From: Chiloscyllium plagiosum
Taxonomy: Eukaryota
Reading direction: 5' to 3'
NCBI RefSeq assembly: GCF_004010195.1
Contig: NC_057719.1
Location: 70,390,181 to 70,454,180 of the forward strand
Length of the DNA: 64,000 nt
Translations under genes and position numbers: made by a program
The notes under the pieces: generated by a model
What the model saw: only the letters and a program-made list of their open reading frames with translations
Databases searched by the model: none
What the model was told of the DNA's origin: nothing
Shown: positions 39,471-51,551 of the stretch, one piece after another
Position numbering within the stretch: position 1 is the first letter of the stretch
Layout: the number at the start of each line of letters is the position of its first letter

Positions 39471-39820
39471 GATTTTAGATTACTTACAGTGTAGAAACAG
39501 GCCCTTCGGCCCAACAAGTCCACACCGACCCGCCGAAGCGCAACCCCACCATACCCCTACATTTACCCCTTACCTAACACTATGGGCAATTAAGCATGGC
39601 CAATTCACCTGACCTGCACATCTTTGGACTGTGGGAGGAAACCGGAGCACCCGGAGGAAACCCACGCAGACACGGGGAGAACGTGCAAACTCCACACATT
39701 CAGTCGCCTGAGGTGGGAAATGAACCCGGGTCTCCGGCGCTGTGAGGCAGTAGTGCTAACCACTGTGCCACCGTGCCGCCCACGCAGTAGTGCTAACCAC
39801 TGTGCCACCGTGCCGCCCAC
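39471..39820 (-). mobile_element. Young HE1-type V-SINE inserted in the retrotransposon pol, with a duplicated 37-bp head
   Basis: Same architecture as 18557-18849 and CpG-rich. GCAGTAGTGCTAACCACTGTGCCACCGTGCCGCCCAC at 39747-39783 and 39784-39820. Confidence 0.95.
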
Positions 39821-41223
39821 GAGTTGAGGTTCAGTTAGTGGATACCCTGTTTTACGTAATGTTGCAGGAAAAATCTGAACAGGCAGAGAGACAGACAGAA
39901 GTGTTTAGCCCCGAAAGGCTAAGAGACTTGCAATAGCAAGACCAGATGATAAAAGATATATATGTGGATACGTACTCTGAAAAGGAGGCACAGAATATTC
40001 CGGAGGATTATTATCTGAAAGATAAAATCCTAAAACAGAAATGGAGACCACAGCAGGTTAGTGCAGAAGAAAAATGGGCTGAAGTGCACTAGATTTTGTT
40101 GCCAGTAGCATATATACAGGAAGTGTTATGGGTAGCATATGAACTACCTGCAGGAGGTCACCTTGGGGTACGAAAGATAGGCTAAGGAACGAAAACATTT
40201 TTATTGGCCTGGAATGCACAAAGATGCGGTTAACTTTTGCCGTATGTGTCATACATGCCAAATGGTAGGTAAGCCACAGGCAGTACTAGAACCAGCAGCT
40301 CTGTTGCCAATTCCAGCATTTGAAGAACCTTTCATGTGGGTTATAATTGATTGTGTAGGTCCCCTCCTGAGAACTAAAATTGGGAACCAGTACTTGTTAA
40401 TCATAATGGATCTGTCTACCCGATGTCTAAAGGCAATTCCATTACAGAGTATCCAGGCAAAAAAGGAGGAGTTAGTAGCTTTCTTCACATGATATGGGTT
40501 ACCCAGAGAGATTCAGTCAGACCAAAGATCAAATTTTACTGCCAGACTGTTTAAGGAGCTTATGCATAGCTTAGGTATACAACACTTTAAACCAAGTGTA
40601 TATCATCCTGAATCCCAGGAAGCTTTAGAAAGGTGGTATCATGTTGAGAGCATACTGTCAGGATTACCCGAACAATTGGGGTAAAGGTATCCCATTCATA
40701 TTGTTTGCCATTCGAGATGCCACAAACAAATCTACTCAGTTCACTTCCTTTGAGTTAATATTTGGTCATGAAGTGAGAAGCCCTTTGAAATTAATTAAAG
40801 AAAAATTGACAGGACAAAAGTCGGACATCACACACTTGGATTATGTGTCAGAAGTGAGAGAGGGACTAAGTAGAGTAGGTGAGTTAGCTAAACAACACCT
40901 ACAGAGGCCACATTGTAGAATGAAGTGTGTGGCAGATAAAACCTCGAAGACCCGGATGTTTTCCCAAAGGGGTGACGCGCTAGTACTGTTACCAGTGATA
41001 GGAGATCCCTTCAAAGGCAGGTTTAGTGGTCCTTATCAAATTGAGAAGAAGTTGAGTCAGGTAAACTATCTAGTAAAGATGCCAGATAGAAAAAAAAGTA
41101 TCGAGCATGTCATGTGAACATGTTGAAACCATATTATACTAAGGAGAAAGAACTGGAGAAACAAGTGTTAGTTACTGCTCCGCAAAGTGAGGAATTATAT
41201 CCAGATGAAGTGGATTTTTGAGG

Positions 41224-41293
41224 TGCCTCAAAATAAATTAAAAAATGAAGAAGTCCTTTGCCTCAAAATAAATTAAAAAATGAAGAAGTCCTT
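41224..41293. repeat. 35-bp perfect tandem duplication in the IN-RT linker
   Basis: TGCCTCAAAATAAATTAAAAAATGAAGAAGTCCTT occurs twice. Confidence 0.95.
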
Positions 41294-44200
41294 GCAGAGT
41301 GGGATAGGTTAGTAAGCTATCTGTCTCAGGAGCATAGAATACAGTTAAAAGATTTGTTACTGCAGTATAAGGACAAACATAAGAACCAGATGTGGAGGAC
41401 TAATGCTATTGTACATGAAGTAGACATAGGGAATACTGCTCCAATAAAACAACACCACTATCAGCTTAATCCTTTCAAAGCCAGACAGGTCCAGATAGAG
41501 GTTGAGGCCATGCTCGATGAGGACATCATCGAACAAAGCTAGAGGGAGTGGAGTTTGCCGATCACCTTAGTTCCCAAACTGGACAGGACTCAACGATTCT
41601 GTGTAGATTATCGGAAGGTCAATGCCGTTACAAAATTGGACTCATATCCAATTCCTAGATTGGAGGACTATATCGAGAAAGCCGGACAAGCCAGTTCCAT
41701 CACTAAGTTGGACTTAATGCATGGTTACTGGCAGGTACCTTTATCAGAGTCAGCAAAAGAAATTTCTATATTTGTATCCCCAAATGGTTATATCAGTTTA
41801 AAGTGATGCCCTTTGGAATGAAGAACGCATCCTCCACGTTCAAAAGACTCATGAACAGAGTTTTGGCTGGGTTAACAAACTGTGCAGTCTATTTGGACAA
41901 TGTAGTGATCTTTAGTAAGTCCTGGAAAGATCACATGGTACAGTTGGCAGAGCTCTTTGAATGACTACGAGAAGCAAAACTTATGATAAACTTAAATAAA
42001 ACTGAATTCGTGAAAGCAGAGGTGACGTTCTTGGGACATAACATTGGCCATGGAAGGTTGACCTCGTGGAATGCAAAGATGAAGGCTATTGAGGAATTTC
42101 CTTGACCAATCTCAACGAAAGGGGTGCTTTGATTCTTAGGACTCCGCAGATTCTATCGGAAGTTTGTTCCAAACCTCAGCAGTGTAGTGGCACCATTAAC
42201 GGATTTGCTGAAGAAGAACACAAAGTTCAGGTGGACAGAACAATGCCAGGAGGCATTCAACCATTTGAAATCAATATTAACCACCAAACCAGTTTTAGCT
42301 ACACCAAACTTTTTAAAGCCTTTTAAAGTCGCCATCGAAGTGAGTGACATAGGAGTTGGAGCTGTACTCATCCAGGAAGGTGAGGATGGGATTGAACTGC
42401 CACTCGGTTATTTTTCAAAGAACATCAAATTCCACCAGAGGAAGTACTCCACAATTGAAAAGGAATGACTGAGTTTGGTGCTGGCTTTACAACATTTTAA
42501 TGTGTATGTCATGAACAATGTGTCGGAGATGGTTGTATACATGGATCACAATCCACTTACATTCTTAGAACACTTTAAAGACAACAGTATGAGACTATTA
42601 CATTGGAGTCTCATGTCACAGACTTTAAATTTAAAAATCATACATGTTGCGGGTTGGAAGAATTTAATCACAGATGCATTATTGTGGATTTAACTGATGG
42701 AGTTTAGATGAGATTTGTCTTTATTTAGTGATATATCTATACAGAAGGGGATTGTGAAGAGGAAAACGTTCATTTAAAAGAGGAAAAAGCTCAGAAGGTA
42801 GTGTTATTTGTGAATGAAGGCATTCAGTCTTCAGGAGATAAGTAATTGCAGTGTCTATGGAAGAAGAGATGTCCAAAATTATTAGCCTCTCTCTAATCAA
42901 ACAGGTCTTTGTTGCTGCCTTCCAGTATATCAATTCTCATTACCTGACAGCCCCTGGAGTTAGCAATAGCAGTAGGAGTAACCAAAGGGAAGGAAATTGG
43001 GCAGATTTACAACCTCTTGATCCCCATTAGCTACATCTCATAGTCTGTCGATTCACAGATGGGTGAATGATTACAAAATCTCGGTATAGGTCCAAATGTG
43101 GCTGTGTTATTAAATTTTCAGTCAATGCAAGATCTGACTGTAGGTGATTATAACAGAAGAAGATCGAATCATGTATCCCTTGCTATTTAGTTTGGTCGTT
43201 TTCCAGAAGAACATGTTCAATTTTCTCCTTTGGCATTCACCATGTTGTTTATTGTTTTAGTGTTTATTATTTTATTACTTAACTTTACTGGTATTCAGTC
43301 AATTGAATATTGGATGAACAGTTTAACTGAAAGTTCTTCAGAAATCTGACTCCTTTCATTTGAAATCCTGAAGCATGACACTTTCACATGGGATACCTTT
43401 TCAAAGCCTGATGGGATAGGTAAACATAGGAGGCAGAAATGCTTAAATACTGATAAATATTGATGAAACCTTATTTACCTATCACTGAACTTAGTCACTC
43501 CCTGTAGCAACAGATTGTCTTCCACTCTTCTTTCAAATACTTTTTATCTCAAGAAACATGACTAACAAAAAGGATAATCCCACAGATTCCATTACATTGA
43601 AGGGAGTTGTAATTGCATAATGCAGTCTTTAGAAGTAAAACTGCAATTCTATAGTATCAATTTTCCAATTGACTTCCATTTGTGCAGCATCAGTGAATTT
43701 TCCTTATGAAAGAGTTAAAGGGGGGGCTTTTGTAGCTTTCCTACCTCTGAGGCATGACTCCAAGGTTCAATTCCCACCTGTAATACCATCTCTGAATAGG
43801 TTGATTAGAAAATGTCTATAGAAGAGTTAAAGGCTTATGAATTGCTATGAACATCACTATAAGAAGCTTCCTTGCTCTTCATAAGGAGGATTATCCTGAT
43901 AATGTTGCTGTGCTTTCTGTTAAATGAGGCACAGTAAGCCTTCAGAATTAGGTTTTCATATTTTATATCTACTATAGTCATTTGTTATGGATGGACAATT
44001 ATTAATATATCAAATTAAAAATTCAAAATGTTGCCCTATCTTTGACAGGATGATAAGTGAATCCTCATCACAATCTTAATCCTTTCCTCTAATTCTTTAC
44101 AATGTTTGTGCTCCGAGAAAGGAATTTTTAAAAGACATATACTGCACCATATGTGATCTACCCTGACATCAGCTTGATCTATGTGTCAATAGAGAGGGAT

Positions 44201-44530
44201 TAACAACCCATCCAACTTTTGTTAATGTTGAACATTCATTTTGAAACCGACCTTTCTTCTTACCTCTCCTATCCCCATCTTCCATAGTCAATCCACTTTC
44301 AGTTAATACACTAATTATCAAAACTAGGTTTCCATAATTTTTGGCAAACTTGTATTATTTTTGAAACAAAAATAAAAATTGTTGGAGAAACTCAACAAGT
44401 CTGGCTGCATGTAGGGATAGAAAATCAAAGTTAACATTTCAATTCCAGTGACTTTCATCAAAACCCTTCTTGAGGTCTAAAGAAGGGTTAGTGGACTTGA
44501 AGTATTAACTCTGTCTTCCTACCCGCAGAT

Positions 44531-44595
44531 GATTCTCCTGCTCGTTGGATGCTGCCTGACCTACTTTGCTTTTCCAGTGCCGCACTTTTCAACTG
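44531..44595 (+). mobile_element. 64-bp PLE terminal fragment nested in a family E element
   Basis: TSD CCC(G/A)CAGATG (44522-44531, 44596-44605). Begins GATTCTCCTGCTC. Confidence 0.75.
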
Positions 44596-44914
44596 CCCAC
44601 AGATGCTGAATTTCTCCAGCAATTTCTTTATTGGTTTCATATCTTCAGCATCTGAACTTCCTTGTTTTGGTTTGCCATTTATGTTTCCTTAGTGACAAAT
44701 TAACACTCAATTGTTCATTTTCTGGAAGTGGAGCACATAATTTTATTAAATTGCATTTGTACTTGTGGGTTCATTTATTTTCATTTTGTGAATTTCACTT
44801 AGCACTGAGAAAGTTCTTTTGAGTTAGGTGATAAACTGAGACTATTGTTTGAGAATGCCCTTTTATGATGTCATAGTTTTATTCAAAAAAAGAGCAAGGG
44901 TGTTTTTCTCTGCT

Positions 44915-45101
44915 ATTTTGTCCCTCTACCTGTGTTCACTCATCCTCACCTTGCCACCCTACCCTGCACCCCTCCCCTTTATCTGTAGCTCCCCTTACAT
45001 CCACCCCCAGTCTTGAAAAAGGGTTACATCTAAAATGTTGACTTCTCCACCTCCCGATGCTGCCTGGCTTGCTGTGTTCTTCCAGCCTCCTGCTTGTCTA
45101 C
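44915..45101 (+). mobile_element. PLE 3' terminus (family D)
   Basis: Homologous to 57740-57910. Degenerate AGTC-TTGAAAAAGGGTTACATCTAAAATGTT-GACT motif. Confidence 0.7.
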
Positions 45102-47682
45102 TGACAATAACTTTCAGCCAATATTTTTATAACAAAAGAGATTACCTGCTCATTTACTTCATTGTTATCTGGGTGACTTTACTGTGCAGAATTTGACTGC
45201 AAGACATTTCAGCAACATGCTGTTCTATTTCTGCTTGCTACATTCAAATCCTTTCTCCTCTCTGTGGTATGAGTATTTCTATTTATGCTCTTGTGGTTTA
45301 AAGACACACATCCTTCTCTTGTTACCTGATGTGCTTGTCTCTCCCTGGAGGTTTCACCCTGTTCCTTGGTTCATGTACCTCGCATCATCATATGTTGGCC
45401 TGTGCATTGACCTTTTGTTTGGATGAATTACATGGCAAAAATATTCCCATAGGGGAAGATTACATGCAATATGGCAGAATGATTCATCTCAAGTGTTATC
45501 CTAAACTAAGAGGATGGAAGAAGGAGCCAGAGTGTTGATGTCAATTGTAGATTTGTCAAGGCTGTATTCCTGTACAATCAGTTTTGTTCGCATTATGCAT
45601 TCACTTATAATCTTCTTACTAAAACCTACAAATAACACATAACTTGGAAGTATTGTAAACTTGGAGAGGATAGTAATAAATTTCAAAAAGACACAGTTTG
45701 GTGGAATGAATGAACATACAGCAGATGCACATTAATGCAATGAAATACCTTTTCACAGCAAGACTAAGGAGAGGCAATATTAAAAAAAGGCTATACTTCT
45801 GTTTTTAAAATTCAAAAGCTGTCAAGAGGTGCCCATTAGTCTGTCTTTGCACATTTAAAAAGCTTAAAGTTAGGACTCTGTTCAAAGGTTGCAAATGAGT
45901 ACCGTTAATGGTAACTCTCTTTTGTAATAAATTCAGTCTGGAACCACACCATTTTTGTTGGTTCCAATCTAAAGTTTTTTAAACTGGTATAAAAATTGTT
46001 GAAAATTAATTTGCACTGGATGTCACTTGTTTGAAAATTTCACAAACTTTTACATTTATTTCAGTGATACAGGATGAGTTGGCTTGGAAATACTGAAACA
46101 AATCTTTAGAAACTCTTTTCACATACAACTCCAACGATCATTCAGCATGATTTCTGCAGTGTGAAAATTATATCTCAATGAATAATTATGGTGGCAATTA
46201 CCCTATTTTGTTACAGCTTATCCAAATAATCACAAATTACGACAACTTACTTATAATGTGTGAAGTTTCATGTGAAAGCGCCAAACCTATTTATCCTGCT
46301 TTTCAGCCGCAATGGGGTCACTTCATTGATTCTTAAAGCTAGTGATCGTGATGCAGATTTAAAGAGCTAGATATCCTCAGTAAATAGTTTCAAGATGATG
46401 TGGAAAGAATTTAAATGACAACGATGAGATCAATATCATGATAGATACTGGGTGAATGTTTGGATAAAAAATGAGGCTGTTAATTGGAAGCACAAATTTG
46501 ACAAGTTACCTCAAATTTTACAATGGTTTCAAATAGTGGGTTTGTGCTAGATTTGAGCAATTATGAGAAGCCATAGTTAATTTCCATTAACTAGATTGCC
46601 CTTTTTCAGATATTTTGATACTGAGCAATAAGTGTAAAATATGACTTAGTTCCAAAACTTTTTTGACATGGAACGGGCAATTTTTTTTTTTGTTGAATTG
46701 CAAAGTGTCAGCCATTGAACTGTGAAATGTATTCCATGGCATGTTCTGCTTCAGGTGACTGTTTTCAAAATGCCGAAACAATCCATCATGTAACAAAAAT
46801 TATCAGGAAGGCTATGAATGTTTCATTCAAGCAAATCAAGACATTGTTCAGTTTCACCAGAGAAATTTTACCAAGATAATATTTGAATGTCAGCCTTGGC
46901 ACAATAGCAGTGCTTGCATCAATGAATGAGGAGATAATGGTTTTCAGGACTCCAATACAATTTTGGCTGACTTTCTAATGCAGTACTGAAGAATGCTCCA
47001 CAGTCAGAGCTGTTGTCTTTGGGTGAGATGCTAAATTGAGATCTTGTCGTTCCTGTCAAGTGCACATCAAGCTTCCCTCCACATCATTTGAAGAGGTGCA
47101 AGGAATACTCCTAGTGTTTTGGTCAACATTTACCTTTGAAACAACCTAACCAAAGACTTTTGTTCCTCACTTTGCTCATTGCTGTTGAGAATCAGTGAGC
47201 AAACATGCTGCTTTGTTTTATAGTATTGCATAGATATCATGCCAAAGGTAATTCGTTGGCTGTAAAGCATTTTGGGATGCTTTGGCTTTGTAAAAGCTGC
47301 TATATGAATAAAGGCCGAGTAGTTTTTGAATCGATTTGCAACCAAAACAATTGAAACTGAGTTTCAAACAGTCTGCAAAATGAATTTTATCTCAATTTCT
47401 GCATTTAGAGTCAATTGTTTTAGCACTGCCACTTAGTTAAAAAGAAATAGGATTGTTTAATAACTGCAGTATTTGCAACATTGACTTATTAACACCAGAT
47501 TTAAAAACACAGACCAGCATCATCTCAGGTCTTCAAATGTGTGGGCTATAGTGAGTGTCAATCACATAAGAAGTCCACTGAGGCCTTTCTCAACATTGGG
47601 AACAATAAGTTACCGTTTCCATCAGGATTCCAGAAGTCAAGGTGAGATTCTTGTTCATGGATTGGATGAGGTCTATTTATTA

Positions 47683-48821
47683 GGTAAAAACAATGACTGC
47701 AGATGCTGGAAACCAGATTCTGGATTAGGGTAGTGCTGGAAAAGCACAGCAGTTCAGGCAGCATCCGAGGAGCAGGAAAATCGATGTTTCAGGCAAAAGC
47801 CCTTCATCAGGAATACAGGCAGAGTGCCTGAAGGGTGGAGAGATAAATGAGAGAAGGGTGAGGGTGGGGAGAAAGTAGCATAGAGTACAAAATGTGAGTG
47901 GGGGTGGGGATGAAGGTGATAGGTCAGGGAGGAGGGTGGAGGAAGGTAGCAAAGAGTATAATGGGTGAATGGGGGTAAGATGAAGGTGATAGGTCAGAGA
48001 GGAGGGTGGAATGGATAGGTGGAAAGGAAGATAGGCAGGTAGGACAAGTCATGGGGATGGTGCTGAGCTGGAAGTTTGGAACTGGGATGAGGTGGGGGAA
48101 GGGGAAATGAGGAAACTGGTGAAATCTGCATTAATGCCCTGGGGTTGAAGTGTTCTGAGGCAGAGATGAGGCATTCTTCCTCCAGGCATCATGTGGTGGT
48201 GGAGCGGCGGTGAAGGAGGCCCAGGACCTGCATGTCCTCGGCTGAGTGGGAGGGGGAGTTCAACTGTTGGGCCACAGGGCGATGGGGTTGATTGGTGCGG
48301 GTGTCCCAGAGATGTTCCCTAAAGCGCTCTGCTAGGAGGGTCCAGTCTCCCCAATGTAGAGGACACCGCATCGGGAGCAACAGATACAATAAATGATATT
48401 GGTGGATGTGCAGGTGAAACTTTGACGGATGTGGAAGGCTCCTTTGGGGCCTTGGATGGAGGTGAGGGAGGAGGTGTGGGCACAGGTTTTACAGTTCCTG
48501 CGGTGGCAGGGGAAAGTGCCAGGCTGGGAGGGTGGGTTGTAGGGGGGGGCGTGGACCTGACCAGGTAGTCATGGAGGGAACAGTCTTTGCGGAAAGTGGA
48601 AATAGGTGGGGAGGGAAATATATCCCTGGTACCTTCCCACTACCCCCACCCTCCTCCCATTTAGCTCTCCACCCCCAAGGCTCCCAGCCTCATTCCTGAT
48701 AATGGGCTTTTGCCTGAAACATCAATTTTCCTGCTCCTCAGGTACTGTCTGACCTGCTGTGCTTTTCCAGCACCACACTCTTGATTCTAATCTCCAGCAT
48801 CTGCAGTACTCACTTTCACCT
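47683..48821. mobile_element. PLE composite: family B minus-strand copy with GIY-YIG (47683-~48630) abutting a plus-strand terminus with a family-A-type tail (~48631-48821)
   Basis: Minus strand FPCHRRNCKTC, TNIIYCICCSRCGVLYIGETG, LLAERFREH. Hammerhead core at 47810-47783 (-). Confidence 0.88.
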
Positions 48822-49367
48822 TATTTTGAATTAAGCCAATGTTCGAAATTTATTTTATCTTGAAAGAACTTAATTTCTAAACAAAAAGAAATTACCTTTC
48901 CTGTTGGTCAATGCCTATCTATAGACATGTGCAGCTGTCTAGTAGAAATAGGTACTGACGTAGGATGATAAACTGTCCAATTGCCTCAATTCTCTGTTAT
49001 CCAAAGCTGTGTTCCAGTTAGTCTTCAACTAGTTTCCAAATATCTACTACCAACATATTGGAGACTTGTATAATGGTCATGACTGAGACCATGGTATGGA
49101 TTTGCCTTCAGCAGGATGTTTTACCTGACACAACAATAATTGTTATCCTCATTATATAAGAACTATGCATAAATTTGTGATATTGAAGAATCCATTAGAT
49201 ATTTATCATAGCTAACTATTATGTACAGATATTACATTCACAGATACATAATGCCTGGGATAGCATTAATCTCCTGTATTATACCAAAGTAGCATATCAT
49301 GCCTCAAGAGATGGTAATATAGAATATATGATCCTAATACCCTCTGTCACATGCTGTGAAACTGTAA

Positions 49368-50097
49368 TGTTATGAAGATGTGGATGTATCTTTAAGAGAG
49401 TTAAAAGCAGCAGAAATACTGGACACAGCACCAAGTGTTCTCAATATGGCCACAATGTAACACTGGGTTGAACAAGTTGATTAGTTCATTGCCTGGAGAC
49501 AAAACAAAATTGAATTCAGCCAGTTTGTTTAAAATATACCCCGACAAAATACCAATTTCCAGTCAAGTCTGAATGAGTTATTGACAATCTTAAAAACCAA
49601 TGACACAATCCAATGCTCTGGGGTATAAGACCGGAGGGGTGGGGAAGGGCAATTGAATGGTTGAGAGGAGAACTGCCAAGTCCTAGCATGTAACAGGCTG
49701 CTTGAAAAAATATCTCTCTTAAAAGTATCTTTTTGATCAGTAACCTGTGATGCAGAAATTCCTGACAAGTAGAATAGAAGGCACAGGAAGATCCAAGGAC
49801 AAGAACATACAGATGCCTAGTTTTTGGAAAAGAAGTGTTGTTTTATAAATCTTATTTAGGAATTTTATCAGACTTTTATTATAGAAGGGAAGGTAAAAGA
49901 TGGGTTAGAGAAAGAAATTGTAAATAGTGGTTAGTTATACATTAAGAAATAATGTTATACATTAAGAAATAAAGTTGTTAATTTTTACTTTACATAGTTC
50001 TTGGCCACTTGAATTTTTACAGATCACTGCATGGGATAAATCTTTTCTGTGTTGCTGGTTTTAAATTAAGCAGGAGAGTATATATCGTGACTTAACA
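49368..50097 (+). mobile_element. Solo LTR related to the Gmr1-like element
   Basis: TGTTA...TAACA termini; 4-bp TSD GTAA (49364-49367, 50098-50101); TATAAG at 49624; AATAAA at 49968. No PBS or PPT adjacent. Confidence 0.92.
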
Positions 50098-50792
50098 GTA
50101 AAGATTTCATGAGAACATCTTTTAAATGTATACTAACATATTGATCATGAATGTAATATAAAACTCTCTTATTTTAATTCTCTGCCTCACTGCCATTCTG
50201 TCCTCAATTTGCCCCACTGAATCTCAATGGAAACAGGGGAAGCTTCATCTCTCCTTTTGATTAAGCCCATACAGGATTCTGAACTCAACACAGCATTCAA
50301 TAATGTCAGATTTTAACATTTTCTCCCCATTGTTCCAGATAACAGATGCTGGTGATTTCTTCACGAGTCCCACCATCACCCCTTTCATCATTTGTTCTAT
50401 CATGCAGCCTAACATATCATAAACGTCTCCTCTTATTCTTGCCCCTCATCATTGATTCAGATGTCCAGCACCTGTAGTATTTTGTTGTTGTTCCTCTGTC
50501 AATGCACCTACCTGTTTTGTTAACAATTACTGAAACCCAAATTCAAAACCATTTGGTGGCAGAGCACTATGTTCTTTTACATGACAATGGTGATTACTTT
50601 CAAGGCGTTTCATCGAATATAAAGTACTTTTGAAGTATCCTGAGGTTCATGAAAGACACTACAGAAATTTGAGATGCCTCCTTCTCTTTATTAGCTGTCA
50701 AGTAATGATAGAATATTCCACAAAACTAGAAAGGAGCTGACCAAGTTAGTCAAAGTGAGCAAAGAGTGTTCAGGTTGGTCACAAGCAATATA

Positions 50793-50853
50793 ATGTAACC
50801 GGCTGCTTGAAAAAATAACTCTCTTAAAAGTATCTTTTCGATCAGTAACCTGT
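50793..50853 (+). repeat. 61-bp orphan copy of LTR-internal sequence
   Basis: Matches 49688-49748 with about 3 mismatches. Confidence 0.85.
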
Positions 50854-51539
50854 TAAATTTGCGCCAATAATTTAAGGAAAGAATGAGTTACTACAGGATC
50901 TGAACAGTTTCTCCCGCTGAATCACTCTGTCAAGGGACACCTTTGAAAAATTCATACTCCTGCTCTAAATGTACAATCACTCCCACAGTACAGTACTCCC
51001 ACTGTGCAAAAACAGGCAAAAACAAGCCATGTGCACAAAATAGCGTGTTTGTGGCAGTTTGCAACAAGTAAAGACAGTCAAATGAAGAAAATGAATACTA
51101 CAAATTTTGAAAAGTAACATGAGCCAAGTCATCTGTAAATAGAAAAGAAGTATTTACATGCCAGTTGTGCACTCATCACTGATATCAGAAGAGCAATAAA
51201 AACACAAAATTACATTATTGTTATGTTTTAAACACACTAAAGAGGGAATTTTCCATTGAAACAGAAAACAACCTTCAACTCACAGTTATGACATTGATCA
51301 AGTATAATGCAGGGCTGTGACTAGATAACCCAGACAGAATGCTACATCCAAACTGCGAAAACTATCCCCATCAATCGCTCCTGCCTGATATTTCTATTTT
51401 CTAGACCGTCTCCTTGTGACCTGTCTGGACAAAATGACCAAATTAGTACCAAGTCAATTTCAAGTCCAAGGACATGCTGTAGACTCTCATCCTCTGGGAA
51501 CTGAAATGAGCCTCCCTGTGTCATTTCAATTAGGCCCCT

Positions 51540-51551
51540 TGACAGCTGTCA
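51540..51551. promoter_or_regulatory. Candidate TALE-homeodomain (MEIS/TGIF/PKNOX) palindromic dimer site TGACAGCTGTCA
   Basis: Perfect 12-bp palindrome in ~1 kb of repeat-free DNA with more TGACAG and CAGCTG sites. Motif only. Confidence 0.3.

Larger units (their letters stand above)
37669..42693 (+). pseudogene. Disrupted gag-pol of a Gmr1-like Ty3/Gypsy retrotransposon: SCAN-like capsid, CCHC knuckle, protease, integrase, RT, RNase H
   Basis: ATG at 37669. EAYRQRFR...LREIILLKKFKNSL...AAELTDEY (38377-38628); CFHCVKVGHVKSQC (38800-38841); ILRDIGS (~39070); GHLG, CRMCHTCQ, IIDCVGPL, QSDQRSNF, YHPESQEALER (40155-40635); RFCVDYRKVN, KLDLMHGYWQV, MPFGMKNA, YLDN (41890-41901); EVSDIGVGAVL, YSTIEKE, DHNPL, NLITDAL. 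Many stops and frameshifts. Confidence 0.93.
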
